Origin: the human T2T-CHM13v2.0 reference genome, Homo sapiens
Assembly: GCA_009914755.4 (NCBI GenBank)
Contig: CP086569.2
Coordinates: forward strand, 7,296,001 to 7,360,000
DNA: 64,000 bases
Direction of reading: 5' to 3'
How positions within the stretch are numbered: position 1 is the stretch's first letter; each line of letters begins with the position of its first letter. Below, piece by piece: positions 13,620 through 26,785 of this stretch. The notes under the pieces are model-generated. The model had not been told where the DNA came from. It searched no databases and saw only the letters and a list, made by a program, of their open reading frames with translations. Made by a program: the position numbers and the translations under genes.

Positions 13620-16560
13620 GATATACTTATCTGAACGTGGAGTGGACAGTGAAAGTCGTGGTCAGTGGGACCTCCAAAAGAGGCACCCCATTCAAATTGG
13701 AGGCTCCTGCAGGAGAGGGCAGCCAGGGCATGCAGCGCGGAGGCGCCCTTGTGGGAGGAGAAGGTGCTGGTGGTGGACGACATCATGGCGGTGGTCCACG
13801 TCGTGGTTGAGGAGAAGGCTGACATGGAGAGGCAGGAGGAGGACCAGCAGACAGAGCCTGTCCGCGGCCCCAGCACACCCTAGCCGGCAACAGACTCGCT
13901 GGAGGTCCTTCACTTGGAGCTGCACTCTGTGGATGCCCCAGGCCGCATGGTCTGCCCGCGGCTGAGACGGAAGCTTTGGCAGAAGCACCTGCCCGGCCTG
14001 GAGGGCACAGGGGCCATTAGCCAGGGCATCTCCGGCTTCTGGGCCAGAGCCATATCCTTGCAGCTGCCCATTCGGGATGACTGGCAGCAGGGGGTGCGCG
14101 ACGGGCTACAGGGGGCGGGGAACAGGGGATCCAGTCCAGGGGCACACGGGGTCAGCCAGGAGGCAGGGCATGGGGGACAGCGAGGGGAGCAGAGGCCAGG
14201 CTCCTGCAGATAGGAGGGCAGCCTGCTTGCAGGTGCCCTGAGAGCATGTGGTACGGACTGGGAGCCAAGCTTAGCACTCACAAAGGAGAAAACTGGCGCC
14301 AAGGACCCTTCATGCACAACCGTAAGTTGAAGGGTACGTTTCCCTGGGAAAGTCCTTGGAGGAAGGAGAGTCTGCAAGGCCATACCAGTCATGGAACCAC
14401 CCCCACTCCCCATTTCAGTGTCCAGCATCCTCACCCCAGAAACACAAGGTGCTCAAGACTCGGGTTCACAGTGCATGTGGCTGCTGTCCTCTGCAAGGCA
14501 GCCACCAGCTCCCCAGAAAGGCTTTCTTCCCTCTACCTGCATTGCACCCAAAGAGCTGTAGGCCCTGAGCATACATAACCTCCATTGCACACAAGCCTTC
14601 ATTGCATACACGCGAGCCCCATGATGAACGCCAGGCACAGCACTGTAGTCCCTTCTACTCACTGAGGTTCCCTCAAGTGGACACGCCCACCCAACAGGGA
14701 GACCAGGAGAAGAGGGGAAAGCACACCTAGATACCCTCAGCAGAGCCTGTCCAGCAACTGGAACGCAAGGGCCACGTGCAGCTCAGGAACTCTGAAGAAA
14801 CGGCCTCACACCACAGCACCCTGTCTACTTGTGATCCCCGCTTGTTGTTGGCAGAGGCTTTCTGGGCCTCTCTCCACCCACCCACAAGACCACCACACCC
14901 ACTACCATGCCCCCCATGCCAGACAGAGACAGGACCACCAGTGCAGGGTGCCAGGCCAAAGGTCTGGGGGAAAGCCCTACCCAACACTCTCCCAGCTCTT
15001 GAAAAGTAGCAGGGTGTTTCCTGGCATGCCCACCCAATCATCTGGAGGTTCCTTGACCAGAGGCAGATAGTGCCGCACACCCAGAGGTCGGCCAGGTTCA
15101 GAAACCATGAGGAAGTCCTGCTAAGTAAGCTACAGGATGGATTTGCAGATCAGGCTGGGGAGCATGGGTCTGGGGTAAGGGTCAAAGGTCCTGGTCAGTT
15201 TGAGGTCCTCCCTGGGTCCGGGAGTGTCTCAGCAGGAGAGCTGGAAAGGGGAAACACATGCTTCACCCAGGCCATCAGGCCCTAAGCCTAGCTAGATGAA
15301 ATGGTCTCTTTGAGTCTTTCCTCTTCTTGGCCTGGCAGGTGGAAGAACTCAGCCATTCCTGGTACCAGCGGCAGGAGGCTAGGCCTCGCATGAGTCTTCC
15401 AGACTCCTCTTGCCCCAGGATACATAGCTTCTGGCTCTACTGTAGTCCAGTCATTTTAGAGTCATGCAGGAGAAGCCCCAGCTTCAGGCAGTACACAGAC
15501 TAACTGAGCTTCTTCAGTGGGTTGACTGACCATGACCACTCAGGGTCAGCCAGGATTGCTGAGGTGTAGGGTGCTGTGGGGCATCATGGCTAAGGTCCTT
15601 TCTAGTCTTTCCTTGACGTCTGGGGAACTGGCTTTGAACTATGACCTGGCCAGTCACAGACCCCTTTCCGCAGCCCCCCACGTCATCAGTCAGGGCTTCT
15701 GTCTCAATCCCTGCAGCACTACGGGAAGGAGTTAGGCCCTCAGAGAGGGAACAGAGAGGAAACCAGGTAAGCAGCCCAGGGCTGGGGACTCAGAGGCCTG
15801 TGGGTCCTGGAGCTGGGGCACACATGGAGAACTCAAGGTTCAGGGAGGAGCCTGCAGTGGGAAATCTCAGGCCATCCCTGGGCTGGGGTATAAAGGCCCA
15901 TCAGGGAACTGAAACACTCATATTTCAGAATTGGGGAACCTGAAGTTGCCTAAGAGGCAGAAGTGGCGAAGATCAATGGGTGAGAAGCAAGGCTCAATGG
16001 ATAGCTGCCTCATCATCCTTCTCCGGGTCCCTTCCGTGCCTTGAGGCCTGCTAGCACCTGGGGCTCAGTTTGGGCTGAACTAGGGCCCTCTTACCCTCCA
16101 CAGAGAGGTGCACACGAGGCGCACCTAGGTCTATGTCCTTCTAGAATGGCCAGCCCTATCATGATCTGTTTCAATGACCCCAGGCTCCCCTGACATTCTT
16201 TCTCCCCTCTGCCATCCTCACTCATGCTGCCCGAGCCCCGAGACATTACCTATGACATTAAAAAAAGACATAAAATTTGTAAAATGCCTTAATAGTAGAG
16301 ATGCAGATAAAGTATTTTATTATTAAAAAATGCTCTTCCTCCTTACCTGTATCAAAGTCTTTTTCATGATGGGGGAAGTATGCAACATACTTTGATAAGT
16401 TAGAAAAGTATAAAAGTAAAAATAAATCCCACTATTGAGGATCAATTAAATGGCAGGGGAACTTCTGTGTGTGTCCAGAGAGGGAATGTGGCTGAGCATT
16501 AAGGCTCACCTGAGTATTGGTGTAGACACCCAGTTTCCCTCATGCCAGTGTGAGTGTAGG
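13620..16560 (+). pseudogene. TSPY-family pseudogene, copy 1, highly diverged and 5' truncated by the L1
   Basis: + frame LVVDDIMAVVHVVVEEKADMERQEEDQQTEPVRGPSTP*PATDSLEVLHLELHSVDAP...GISGFWAR matches TSPY1 [60 protein letters not shown]...SVPGFWAN. In-frame stop present. Exon-2-like (HEEVLLSKLQDGFADQ vs DEDEDMLSYMVSLEV), exon-4-like and exon-5-like (VISQGFCLNPCSTT vs ILCKDLWRNPLQYY) follow in TSPY order. Exon-3 segment deleted relative to copies 2 and 3. Shares 3' flank with copies 2 and 3. Confidence 0.7.
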
Positions 16561-18128
16561 CATGTTCCAGCCTGTGTGTCTGAGCTGGTGCACGTGTGTG
16601 CACACCTGTGCCTGTGTACCTTTGTGTACCTTGGTTTGGGGAGGACCCACACTCCCGCCACAGGTGTATCTCAAATTCAGCTTTTGAGCTGGCAAGCAGG
16701 GTGCTGCCAGGTTTGGCAATCCAACTTCAGGACCATGAAGCCTGCACACTAGGGAGACGTGAAGAGTCCTTGTGGTTCTCAAAAATGGCAGAAGGAGGAG
16801 GAAAAGGTTGGCTGGCGCAAGCTACCTAGAGGAGATATCATGGACCTGAAATGACAACCGGAGGGAAATAAAACCTAATAGCTCCTTGTGTCTCCCTGTG
16901 TGTTTGGTCGGGGAAGGCGGGCATTCAGGGAAGAAGCAATGGAATCTGTGGGGCTTTGGGATTCGCTGTCCAGGAATCCCTGTGCACCAAAGAGTGTCCA
17001 GCCCATGAGACAGGAGGACAGCAAGTGGGTCCAGCAGGGCCTGAGTCTCCAGAGAGGCTAGCATTCTCCCCACGAGGGCGTGGGTCAGTAGGTGAAGGAG
17101 AAACCCGGGCTGCAGGGTGAGGTAGATGAGACACTTATCACTTAGCCAGGTGGGAGCACAGGGGAGGGCCTGGTGAGCAGCGGCCTAATTGGCCGGTGAC
17201 ACCCTGTTCCAGTGCTGCATGTGCACACACAAGCTTCGCCCCGCACATCCTCTCCAGGGTGCCTCAGCTGGGCAGATAGGAAGCAAGGCACACAAGATCC
17301 TAAGCTTATGGTCATGAGTGGACCCAGAGCAGGTTCCCCAGGATCACTGGTTCCAGGAGAGGCTGGCATGCAGGGTCTCTTCAGGACAGGGATAAAAATG
17401 CATAAGCCCAGCTCTCCACCTGGCGGGTGTCTTGCCCTGATGATGTCAGCCATGGCAGATACAGCTCTTCCACGTAGATTGCAGATCCACAGGCTTACAA
17501 CTTCCCCCTGGCATTCTCCAGGATGGGTCCCTGGACCCTGGACGAGCCAGTGCCCCACCGGTGTTTCCTCCCAGCCTTCAAACTCACAGAAGGCTCATTG
17601 ATAACTCTCCTTCTAGTACATGGACACCCACAGGAACTTTCAACAACTCAGGACTGTTGTATGTTGCGGGGTCCTGCCACCTTACCCAGCAGTGGGAAAA
17701 TGGGAAGAGAAAGAGCTGGAATGGACAGAGCAGAGGCCACAATCCTAACCCTCCCTCATGGCAAGGGAATGGTGGGATCCTTCCCAGCCCAGGAAGCTGC
17801 TTCCCAAGCATCCCTGGAAGCCCAGCACAAGCCGAGGGATTCACTCAGCCACAGCTGGGCATGGGGGATTTCAATGTGTGCCAGAGACCTGGATCCTAGT
17901 CGCCCTACTAGGTGTACTTCTCCTCCAGGTCACATTATGCTGACACCCTCCTTAACCCAGATGGACTCCTCATCCTCACCACATGGTGTTGGCTGGAAGA
18001 GTTACTCCTGGTGGCCCAGCCACTGTTTCAAGGTACAGAGAGTGACCAGCAGTCCCCTGATTCCTGGTCCTCCTGTCCAAGTAATATCCATAGAAATAGT
18101 AAAAGAGTGGCACATTAGACATCATGAC

Positions 18129-18423
18129 TTTTTTTTTTTTTTGAGACGGAGTCTCGGTTTGTCGTCCAGGCTGGAGTGCAGTGGAGCAATCTCGACTCAC
18201 TGCAAGTTCTGCCTCCCATGTTCATGCCATTCTCCTGCCTCAGACTCCCAAGTAGCTGGGACTACAGGTGCACGCCACTGTGCCTGGCTAATTTTTTGTA
18301 TTTTTAGTAGAGATGGGGTTTCACTGTGTTAGCCAGGATGGTCTCGATGTCCTGATCTCGTGATCCACCTGCCTTGGCCTCCCAAAGTGCTGGGATTACA
18401 CAGGCATGAGCCCCCACACCCGG
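18129..18423 (-). mobile_element. Alu (AluS-like), antisense
   Basis: Poly-T then gagacggagtctcggtttgtcgtccaggctggagtgcagtgg... through ...cccaaagtgctgggattaca. Confidence 0.9.
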
Positions 18424-19661
18424 TGACCTCATGACGTTTTTAAGGTTGACCTCTTTATAAGCATTTCATCCAGATATTTATGAGTTTATCTCATTTATTT
18501 ATTTATGGCTCTCATTTCAAAATCTATTTTTGCTTGAGAGTTGTTTCAACAGATAACCAAATGGTTGGCGCTATGACACATAGGTTTCAAGCTTAAAAGT
18601 CTGTATCTGCTATTATGTTGGGTAAAACCCATCCAGTACTTACAAAAATAAGTAATTATTAGGCATGGCCACTGTAGTGGTCTAAAACACACTTTGAAAT
18701 TCTCTGCAAACCCATTTGAAAAAACATTCCTGATGTGACTGAACACAGTACTTGCTTGTAATGAATAGAAAACAGTGCAAGCATTTTCTGGATACTGGTC
18801 CACCTCTGGCCTAGGTTAGAAAAGGTGACATAGCTCTGCCTAAGTCTCCTGCTCTCAGGGGGACAAACCCCTCAGGAGCCCCTGACCAGTACATCATGAA
18901 GTCTAACACCCTGATAACACTATGCAGAAGGGACATCCCATGGAGAGACTCACAGAAATAGAAGGAGATGCCTGAGGATCTCAGCGGTCCAGCCCCTGCT
19001 ATTTGAGTTATGCTAGCCATGGCACCAGGGAGATGAGAAGACATCTGTCAATGTCCCCATCCTTTGCCATCACTAGATTGCATTCTCCTGAGTGCCCCTG
19101 AACCACAATCGTTTGGCTGAGAGACTGTAGGAGACTGCAGAGACTGACAGTTAGTAAGTTATAATTATAGTTTTCAGCCACTAAGTTTTAGATAATTTTA
19201 AAAAGCACTTTCAACTCCTAGAAAAACTGAGTTGTCTACTGAGTAATTCTGGAGAACTTTAAAGGCCAACATCATATATGTTAATAACCTGGAAAAGTCA
19301 AACCATCAAGGCTCTTCTAAATACAACAGATCTTTAATGTCCCTTTGCTGTGGCTGGAGAATAATCTAACATGTATCTGAGAGAGTATTTTGAAGGCCTC
19401 TGTTCACATCTCTTGGCTGGGTATGGGTCAACTCTGGTCTGCTTTAATTCTAGACAACTGCAGCAACTCATCTTTCATTTTAGGTCCTGGCCTACACTGA
19501 TCTTTTGATCACTGACTGTGTCTGTGTCTGTGTGTGTATGTTTTGTGTGCTAGCATATTTTATCTGAAGGCACTAAATAATAGTACTATAGTTGTTTCAT
19601 AAACAAAAAGCATTCCAGGAAGACAATATTGCTTATCAACTGAGCTTTAACACAGATATGA

Positions 19662-19960
19662 GGCAGGTCAGGGAGACTCACACCTGCACTCCCAGAAGTT
19701 TGGCAGGCTGAGGTGGGTGGATCTCTTGACGTCAGGAGTTTGAGACAAGCCTGGCCAACCCGGCAAGATCCCATGTCTAATATCATGCCAAAGCTATCCG
19801 GGCTTGGTGGCCCATGGATGTAACCCCATCTACTCAGCAGGCTGATGCAGGAGAATCCATAGAACCCCGGGGATGGAGTTTGCAGTGAAGTGAGATCACA
19901 TCTCTGTGCTCCAGCCTGGACACCAGAGTGAGACTCTGTCTCAAAAATAAAAATAAAATA
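19662..19960 (+). mobile_element. Alu, sense
   Basis: ggcaggtcagggagactcacacctgcactcccagaagtttggcaggctgaggtgggtggatc... with A-rich tail. Confidence 0.9.
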
Positions 19961-20011
19961 AAATATTAAACTAGATAGGAGAGATTACTGACGAGAGAAA
20001 TGCATAAAACT

Positions 20012-20316
20012 GGGTGGGCATTTTGGTTCACACCTGGAATCCCAGCATTTTGAGAGGCTGAGGGGGGTGAATCACTTGAGGACAGGAATTCGAGCCCAGT
20101 CTGAGCAAACATTGTGAAACCTGGTCTCTAATAAAAATACAGAAACAAAAAGGTAGCCAGGATTGATCAGGATTGATGTCATATGCCTACAGTTGCAGCT
20201 ACTCAGGAGGGTGTGACTGGAGAATTGCTTGAACCTGGCATGGGGAGGTTGCAGTGAGCCAAGATCATGCCACTGAACTCCACCCTAGATGACAGAGCAG
20301 GATTCCATCTAAAAAA
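20012..20316 (+). mobile_element. Alu (older, AluJ-like), sense
   Basis: tgggtgggcattttggttcacacctggaatcccagcattttgagaggctgagg... through ...ccatctaaaaaaa. Confidence 0.85.
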
Positions 20317-20319
20317 ATA

Positions 20320-20530
20320 TCAAAGAGAGAAACAGAGATAGAGAAAAAAGAAAGGCGGGCGAGGGGAAAGATAGAGGGAGTGGGGATGGAGTGGGGAGGG
20401 ATGGGGGAGAGAGTGAGAGAAAATGGAAGAAAAGAAGGAAGGAAGGATGGAAGGAAGGAAGGATGGAAGGAAGGAAGGAAGGGGAGAAAAGAAAAACAGA
20501 ATGAATGGCATAAAACCCAAAGGAAATAAA
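20320..20530. repeat. GA-rich simple repeat, (GGAA)n/(GGAAGGAT)n-like
   Basis: ggaaggaaggatggaaggaaggaaggatggaaggaaggaaggaagg and flanking purine-rich tract. Confidence 0.9.
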
Positions 20531-20940
20531 TAAAAATAAAAACTTGCCATTTTGCCCCTTATCCACATGAATTTTGAACTATGTTTAAAATAGTATTTAG
20601 GTCTCTAATGGACTAATTGAAACTTTAAAATAAGCTGGTGTATATTGTCAAAATTACTCACATAACTATGGTGTTAACTAAGATTCTTGTAGTTTTCAAC
20701 AACGAAATCTAATTGACATTTGTCATCAAATCACAAACTACCAAGGTCAGGGTAGTCTCTGTTATGCTGCCTAAACTATTCTAAATTAAAAATGAAATCA
20801 AATCTGCAAGAGATTTTATAGTTACCTTTACCAGTAAAGACTCTTTTAAGTTTCCTGACTTGCGGAGGATTTTATTTCCACAGTTTTGATGGCTCTGGCA
20901 GAAAGCCTTCTTGATCCAAACTCACCCCTTATCATCACAG

Positions 20941-20969
<29 letters not shown>
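20941..20969. repeat. (TA)n microsatellite, about 14 units
   Basis: tatatatatatatatatatatatatatat. Confidence 0.95.
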
Positions 20970-20972
<3 letters not shown>

Positions 20973-21139
20973 CAGGGATTAAGGGGAAAGAGCATCAAAA
21001 CCCATTGCTTTCCTGCACTGGTTCCCATGTACAAGCAAATGTGCTGTGTTACTATCAAATATTCAAATATTTGATGAAGGAAATTTGTGTTTCCAAACTG
21101 TAAAACAAAAATATTACTATCAGTTGTATTTTCACTATT

Positions 21140-21265
21140 TATTTACTTAGAGGCGGGGTCTTGCTCTGCCACCAGGCTGAATCACACATCACTGTAATAT
21201 CAGACTTTTGGGCTCATAGGCTCCTCCAACATCAGCCTCCCAAAGTACTGAGATTACAGACTTGG
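21140..21265 (-). mobile_element. Alu fragment, antisense
   Basis: ggcggggtcttgctctgccaccaggctgaatcaca...cctcccaaagtactgagattacag. Confidence 0.7.
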
Positions 21266-21524
21266 GCCATTTTACCCAGCCTCAAGTTTAGAGATAAAGG
21301 CTAAGGAATATATTGTAAACCATATAAATAAACATAATTGCAGGTTCTCTAGAGAGCTGTAAGAAACCACTGAAAAATTGCCATTGTGGACAAGGCTGCT
21401 GGCGACAATGTAATGAAAGCAAAGGAGTGGGTCCTTCCCCAGTGAGCCTTTAGATGATACCAGAGGCCGACTTGGCATTTCCACTGCAGCTTTTTGAGAG
21501 ACATGAAACCTAGATGTATGCAGT

Positions 21525-21598
21525 TTTTTTTTGTTTGCTTGTGTTTGTTTTTTATTTTGTGTGTGTGTGCATGTGTGTGTGTGTAAGCATGCATACAT
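21525..21598. repeat. (GT)n/(TG)n-rich low-complexity tract
   Basis: tgtttgtttt...gtgtgtgtgtgcatgtgtgtgtgtgtaagcatgcatacat. Confidence 0.8.
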
Positions 21599-22998
21599 AA
21601 CCAGTTGAACAAACTAGGGTCACCCACACAATGGAATATGATGCAGCTTTTTGTAGATCTTGTAGAATTCATCCTGAATCTATCAGTTCTTGTTTTTTTA
21701 TTTTTTTTGGCTGGTAGGTTACTTATTAGTAATAATTCCATGTCAGAAATTGAAATTGGACAGGCTGGAGCTGAGACTGGGTCCACTTAGATTCTGTTGT
21801 GGAACAGAGAATGGCATGCTTGTAATTTTGGTTGTGATGGTTACTGGAAGGTCTCTGAACAGATGGGCTAGTTCTGCCTGCAGCAAGAGAGCCTGGGGCT
21901 GACAATCAGCTCCCTTGACATCTGCTGTTGAACAGATCATTTAGAGCCTGGTCTCTGCTAAGAAAGTTGCATATTGCCCAGAAAGTTTCTCAAAGATATG
22001 GTTCCTTGACTAAAGTGGAAGGGCCAGAGCTGAGAGTGGGTCTTCCCCATAGTGGGCAGAGGCTGGAGAGTCTAGATTCATTTTCTGCCGGACAGAGCAT
22101 GGATAGACTACATTCATTGGCTCAGGTAGGCATGTTCCCCAGCACCATAGTTGCTTCCCAGTAGCACTGGGGGGGTCTGGAGATGAGACTGGGATTCTCT
22201 GTTTCTCAATAAGTCACATGCTCTAGAGATTCTAATCCAGTGATTTCCATTAGATATATCAGAAGTGATCTTCCTTCCAGGGGTACCAAGCCTTATTATA
22301 AAACTACTTGCCCACTGGGTCCAGGTGGGGCCAGAAACTTCATCCTTAACCACTAAGTTACCTCTGCTTTTCAGCCTGGGGATGGGTGGAGCACACAGGG
22401 CTAGGATGGTCAAAAGTATGGAACCTGGGATTGGGTGGGGTAACATGCCCCTTCCAATGTTTAATCACCAAGCTACCAAGCTACCTGTTTGTCACAGCTT
22501 TGGAAGTTTTGCAAATAAAACCAGGATGGGATTGGGCAATTGGCCAGTGATTTGAGCCTGGTAGACCCATCAACCATGTTTGGTTACTGCAGAATGATAC
22601 TGTTGCCTAGTTTGTCTGATGGTGCACGTCTGCTGGCTGGAATGCAAAGCTACAAGTAAGATTACTGTTACAGTCACTGTGAGCCCCATCCATGTACTTT
22701 GTTTCTAACTGAACCCAGTTGTCTGATAACCCCAATATTTCCCACAGGGTAAGACTAGAGAGAAAATCATGTGAAGAATTGCAAAATGGAAAAGAAAAGT
22801 CACCTTCAACTCTCTCCTCTGTGAAGAAACTGTGAGTCCAGGGAAATTTTTTGTATGCAACACTGTGCTGGCCTGGGGAGGAGAAAAAGCATCAAATTAA
22901 AACTGTTCTTTTATCCTGTGTGTGTGGCTATTCTCAGATCCACAGTTGAAAAATGTGTCATATATTCAATCCCAAGTTATAGAATTATTCACTAAGGT

Positions 22999-23072
22999 GT
23001 CCTTATCTAACAATAGTGTTTTTTTTTGTTTTTTTTTTTTTGTTTTTTTTTTTTTTTTTTTTGTGGAGAGGG
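22999..23072. repeat. Poly-T tract with interruptions
   Basis: tgtttttttttgtttttttttttttgtttttttttttttttttttttgtgg. Confidence 0.9.
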
Positions 23073-23153
23073 TGGGAATTGGCAGAATCACAGAATGCCT
23101 ATTCTGGCACATCGGACCCTAGAAACAGACAAGTTAAAATAGAAGACTGGTAT

Positions 23154-23462
23154 AGGCTGAGCACAGTGGCTCACGCCTGTAACCCCAGCAGTTTGGGAGG
23201 CCAAGGCAGGCATATCCCGTGGTCAGGAGGTCGAGACCATCCTGGCTAACATGGTGAAATCCCCTCTCTGTTAAACACACACACAAAAAAAAAAAAAGAA
23301 ATAGTCAGGCCTGGTGGCACGTGCCTATAGTCCCAGCTACTCTGAAGGTTCAGGCAGGAGTATCACCTAAACCTGGGAGGTGGAAGTCAAAGTGAGCTGA
23401 GATCACACCACTGCACACCAACCTGGGTGACAGAGTGAGACTCGATCTCAAAAAAAAAAAAA
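23154..23462 (+). mobile_element. Alu, sense, dimeric with poly-A tail
   Basis: ggctgagcacagtggctcacgcctgtaaccccagcagtttgggaggccaaggcagg... through ...actcgatctcaaaaaaaaaaaa. Confidence 0.9.
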
Positions 23463-24416
23463 TACTGGTCCTAATGGAGGAGTTTAAAAGGTTAGAGTGC
23501 TTCCATGGAGAAGCTAAAAGCTAGAGGAAGCCAAGGGCTGGATTTAAGGAAGAGCTCACGGGACCATTGAAAACCACCTCTTTGTTCTCTATGGAATGCA
23601 GGAAATAGTGAATGCTGATCTCCACTGCTTACTGATATAGGCAAGTTATCAGCCAGAGAAACATAGTCTGTTTGTGTTCCTATAAAAGAATATGAGACTG
23701 GAAAATTTATAAAGAAAAGAGCTTTCATTGTCTCCTGGTTCTTCAGGCTGTAAAAGATATGTGGTGCCAGCATCCACATCTGGTGAGAGGTTTCTGAGGC
23801 TTCCACTCAGTACAGAAGGAAAAAGGAAAACAGGCATGTCACATGTAGAGAGAGCAAGAGAGAGAAGGGGAGAAGGTATCAGCCTTTTTTCAACAACCTG
23901 TTTGGATGTAAGCTCCACTGTGGGAATCAATACAGTGGAAGACTCAATTATTAACCATGGCAAGGGCGCCAAGCCATTTATGAGGGATCCAGCCCCATGA
24001 CACAAACAAACACCCCCCACTATGCGCCATTTACAGTGTGGAGGACCACATTTCAGCCTAAGGCTTGGAGGGACAAATGTCCAAACTATATCAATAGGCA
24101 AGTTTAAAAATCATGCAGAGTTATTGTAAAACAATCTCTTTTTTTTTCTTTTTAGAATCCTGGGACTACAAAAAACTGTGCTTCATTAGCTTCCAGAGAA
24201 GTCAGGGCCATAATTGGGTAGTTTTGGTACTACCAAAATTTGGTAATTTTACTTCTTGGAAGTAAAATTTAGAAGCTCTGTTTATTGCTAGAGTGAGTGA
24301 TGATGAAGACTGAAGAGAAATGCATATGTGCATGCTCTCAGAGGACCTTGACAGATCCAAAAGTCAGGAGGATTAGAAGCAAGATACCTGGGCAGAAGCT
24401 ATAAAAGTCAAGATAT

Positions 24417-25310
<894 letters not shown>

Positions 25311-26114
25311 AAGAAGTCAAGGCGTTAGATGTACAATCTAAGTTCTTCAAGGTACAAAGTGGGAACTGAGCTTTCTTGACTGCTTGAGATCCAGTAAGTG
25401 AGGAGGAAACAGTTTCAGAAGTGTTTGAATGTATATTTAAATCCCTCTTTTATTTTGGAGGTCCTAAGAGAGTTATGAATGCCAATCTGTGTTAGAATTC
25501 AGAGATAGGCAAGTTAGGAATCATTTCGTTGAGAAGCAGCTGTTAACAGATGGGGCATTACATAGGTGGTTTAGTACTTCAGTCCTCTGAGAGAAGCTGT
25601 GAAATAACAGTTCCCTGCTGATTCTAGGGCACTGGGTCAGACATAAACCCTAGAACAAGATCAGAATTCAGTTTTTCTTACCTCTTTTAAAGTGAGTATT
25701 TTCATAATTGTATGTGCAAGAGTATCCCAACTTCTTTCTGAGTTTATCTCATAGGGAATTGATGTGGGTGTGGCTTTTTATTTGTTGCATTTGTGGATGA
25801 AGGAACAAATTAGAGCCTCCTATTTTATCACCTTGTTGGAGATACCCTTTTTATTTACTTTTTACTTATTTAAAAAAATGTGTACATAACAATTGCAGAT
25901 ACTTTTGGCATACATGCTATATTTTGATACAAGTAACGTAAACTGGTAAGGAAGGGATCAAAGAGGGGTTGGGGTGGGTTCAATTATGGTTGCTTAGAAG
26001 GAATAAGATCTAGTGTTCAGTGGCACAGGATGAGAATACTTAGTAACGATTTATTGTATATCTCAAAACAATTAAAAGAGCAAAGGTGGAATGGCGCTAA
26101 CACCAAGAAATGAC

Positions 26115-26425
26115 ATGCCAGACTCAGAGGCTCACAGCTATAATCACAACACTTTGGGAGGCCAAGGAAGGAGGATCAGTTAAACCTGGAAGTTTGAGAC
26201 CAGCCTGAACAACATATCCAAAGCATTGTCCCTACCACACACACACAAACACAAAAGCTGGGCACGGTGGTTGGTGTGTGTCTGTAATTCCAGCTACTTG
26301 GGAGGCTGAAATGGAAGGCTTGCACATTTGAACCCCGTGTTCAAGGCTGCAGTGAGCTATGATGGTGCCACTGCAGTCTAGGCTGGACAACAGTGTGAGA
26401 CCTTGTCTCTAAAAAAGAAAAAAGA
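26115..26425 (+). mobile_element. Alu (older), sense
   Basis: ggctcacagctataatcacaacactttgggaggccaaggaaggaggatc...gagaccttgtctctaaaaaagaaaaaag. Confidence 0.85.
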
Positions 26426-26492
26426 ATCGACAAGTGCTTCAACTGAAGGATACCCTATTTATTATTTATATATTTGTTGATTGATATAATTA

Positions 26493-26785
26493 TTTTTGAG
26501 ATGGAGTCTCTCTCTGTCACCCAGGCTAACGTGCATGGTGCAACATTGGCTCACTACAGCTTCAGGTTCCCAAGTTCAAACAATTCTCCTGCCTGAACCT
26601 CCCAATTAACTGTAACATACTACAGGTATGCACCACCACACCTGGCTAATTTTTGTATTTTTGGTAAAAATAGGGTTTCATGGTGTTGGCCAGCCTGGTT
26701 TTCAACTCCTGATCTAAAGTGATCTGCAAGCCTTGGCCTCCCCAAGTGTTGGCATTAAAGACCTGAGCCATCACACCTGGACAGT
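26493..26785 (-). mobile_element. Alu, antisense
   Basis: tttttgagatggagtctctctctgtcacccaggctaacgtgcatggtgc... through ...cctgagccatcacacctgg. Confidence 0.9.

Noticed and set aside
17523-18332. 269-aa + strand ORF
   Set aside because: It has no recognisable domain or homology. Its last third is translated Alu antisense sequence, so it is an artefact of GC-rich DNA lacking stops
20309-20568. 82-85 aa ORFs rich in F/L/S/P
   Set aside because: Translation of the (GGAA)n-type purine/pyrimidine simple repeat
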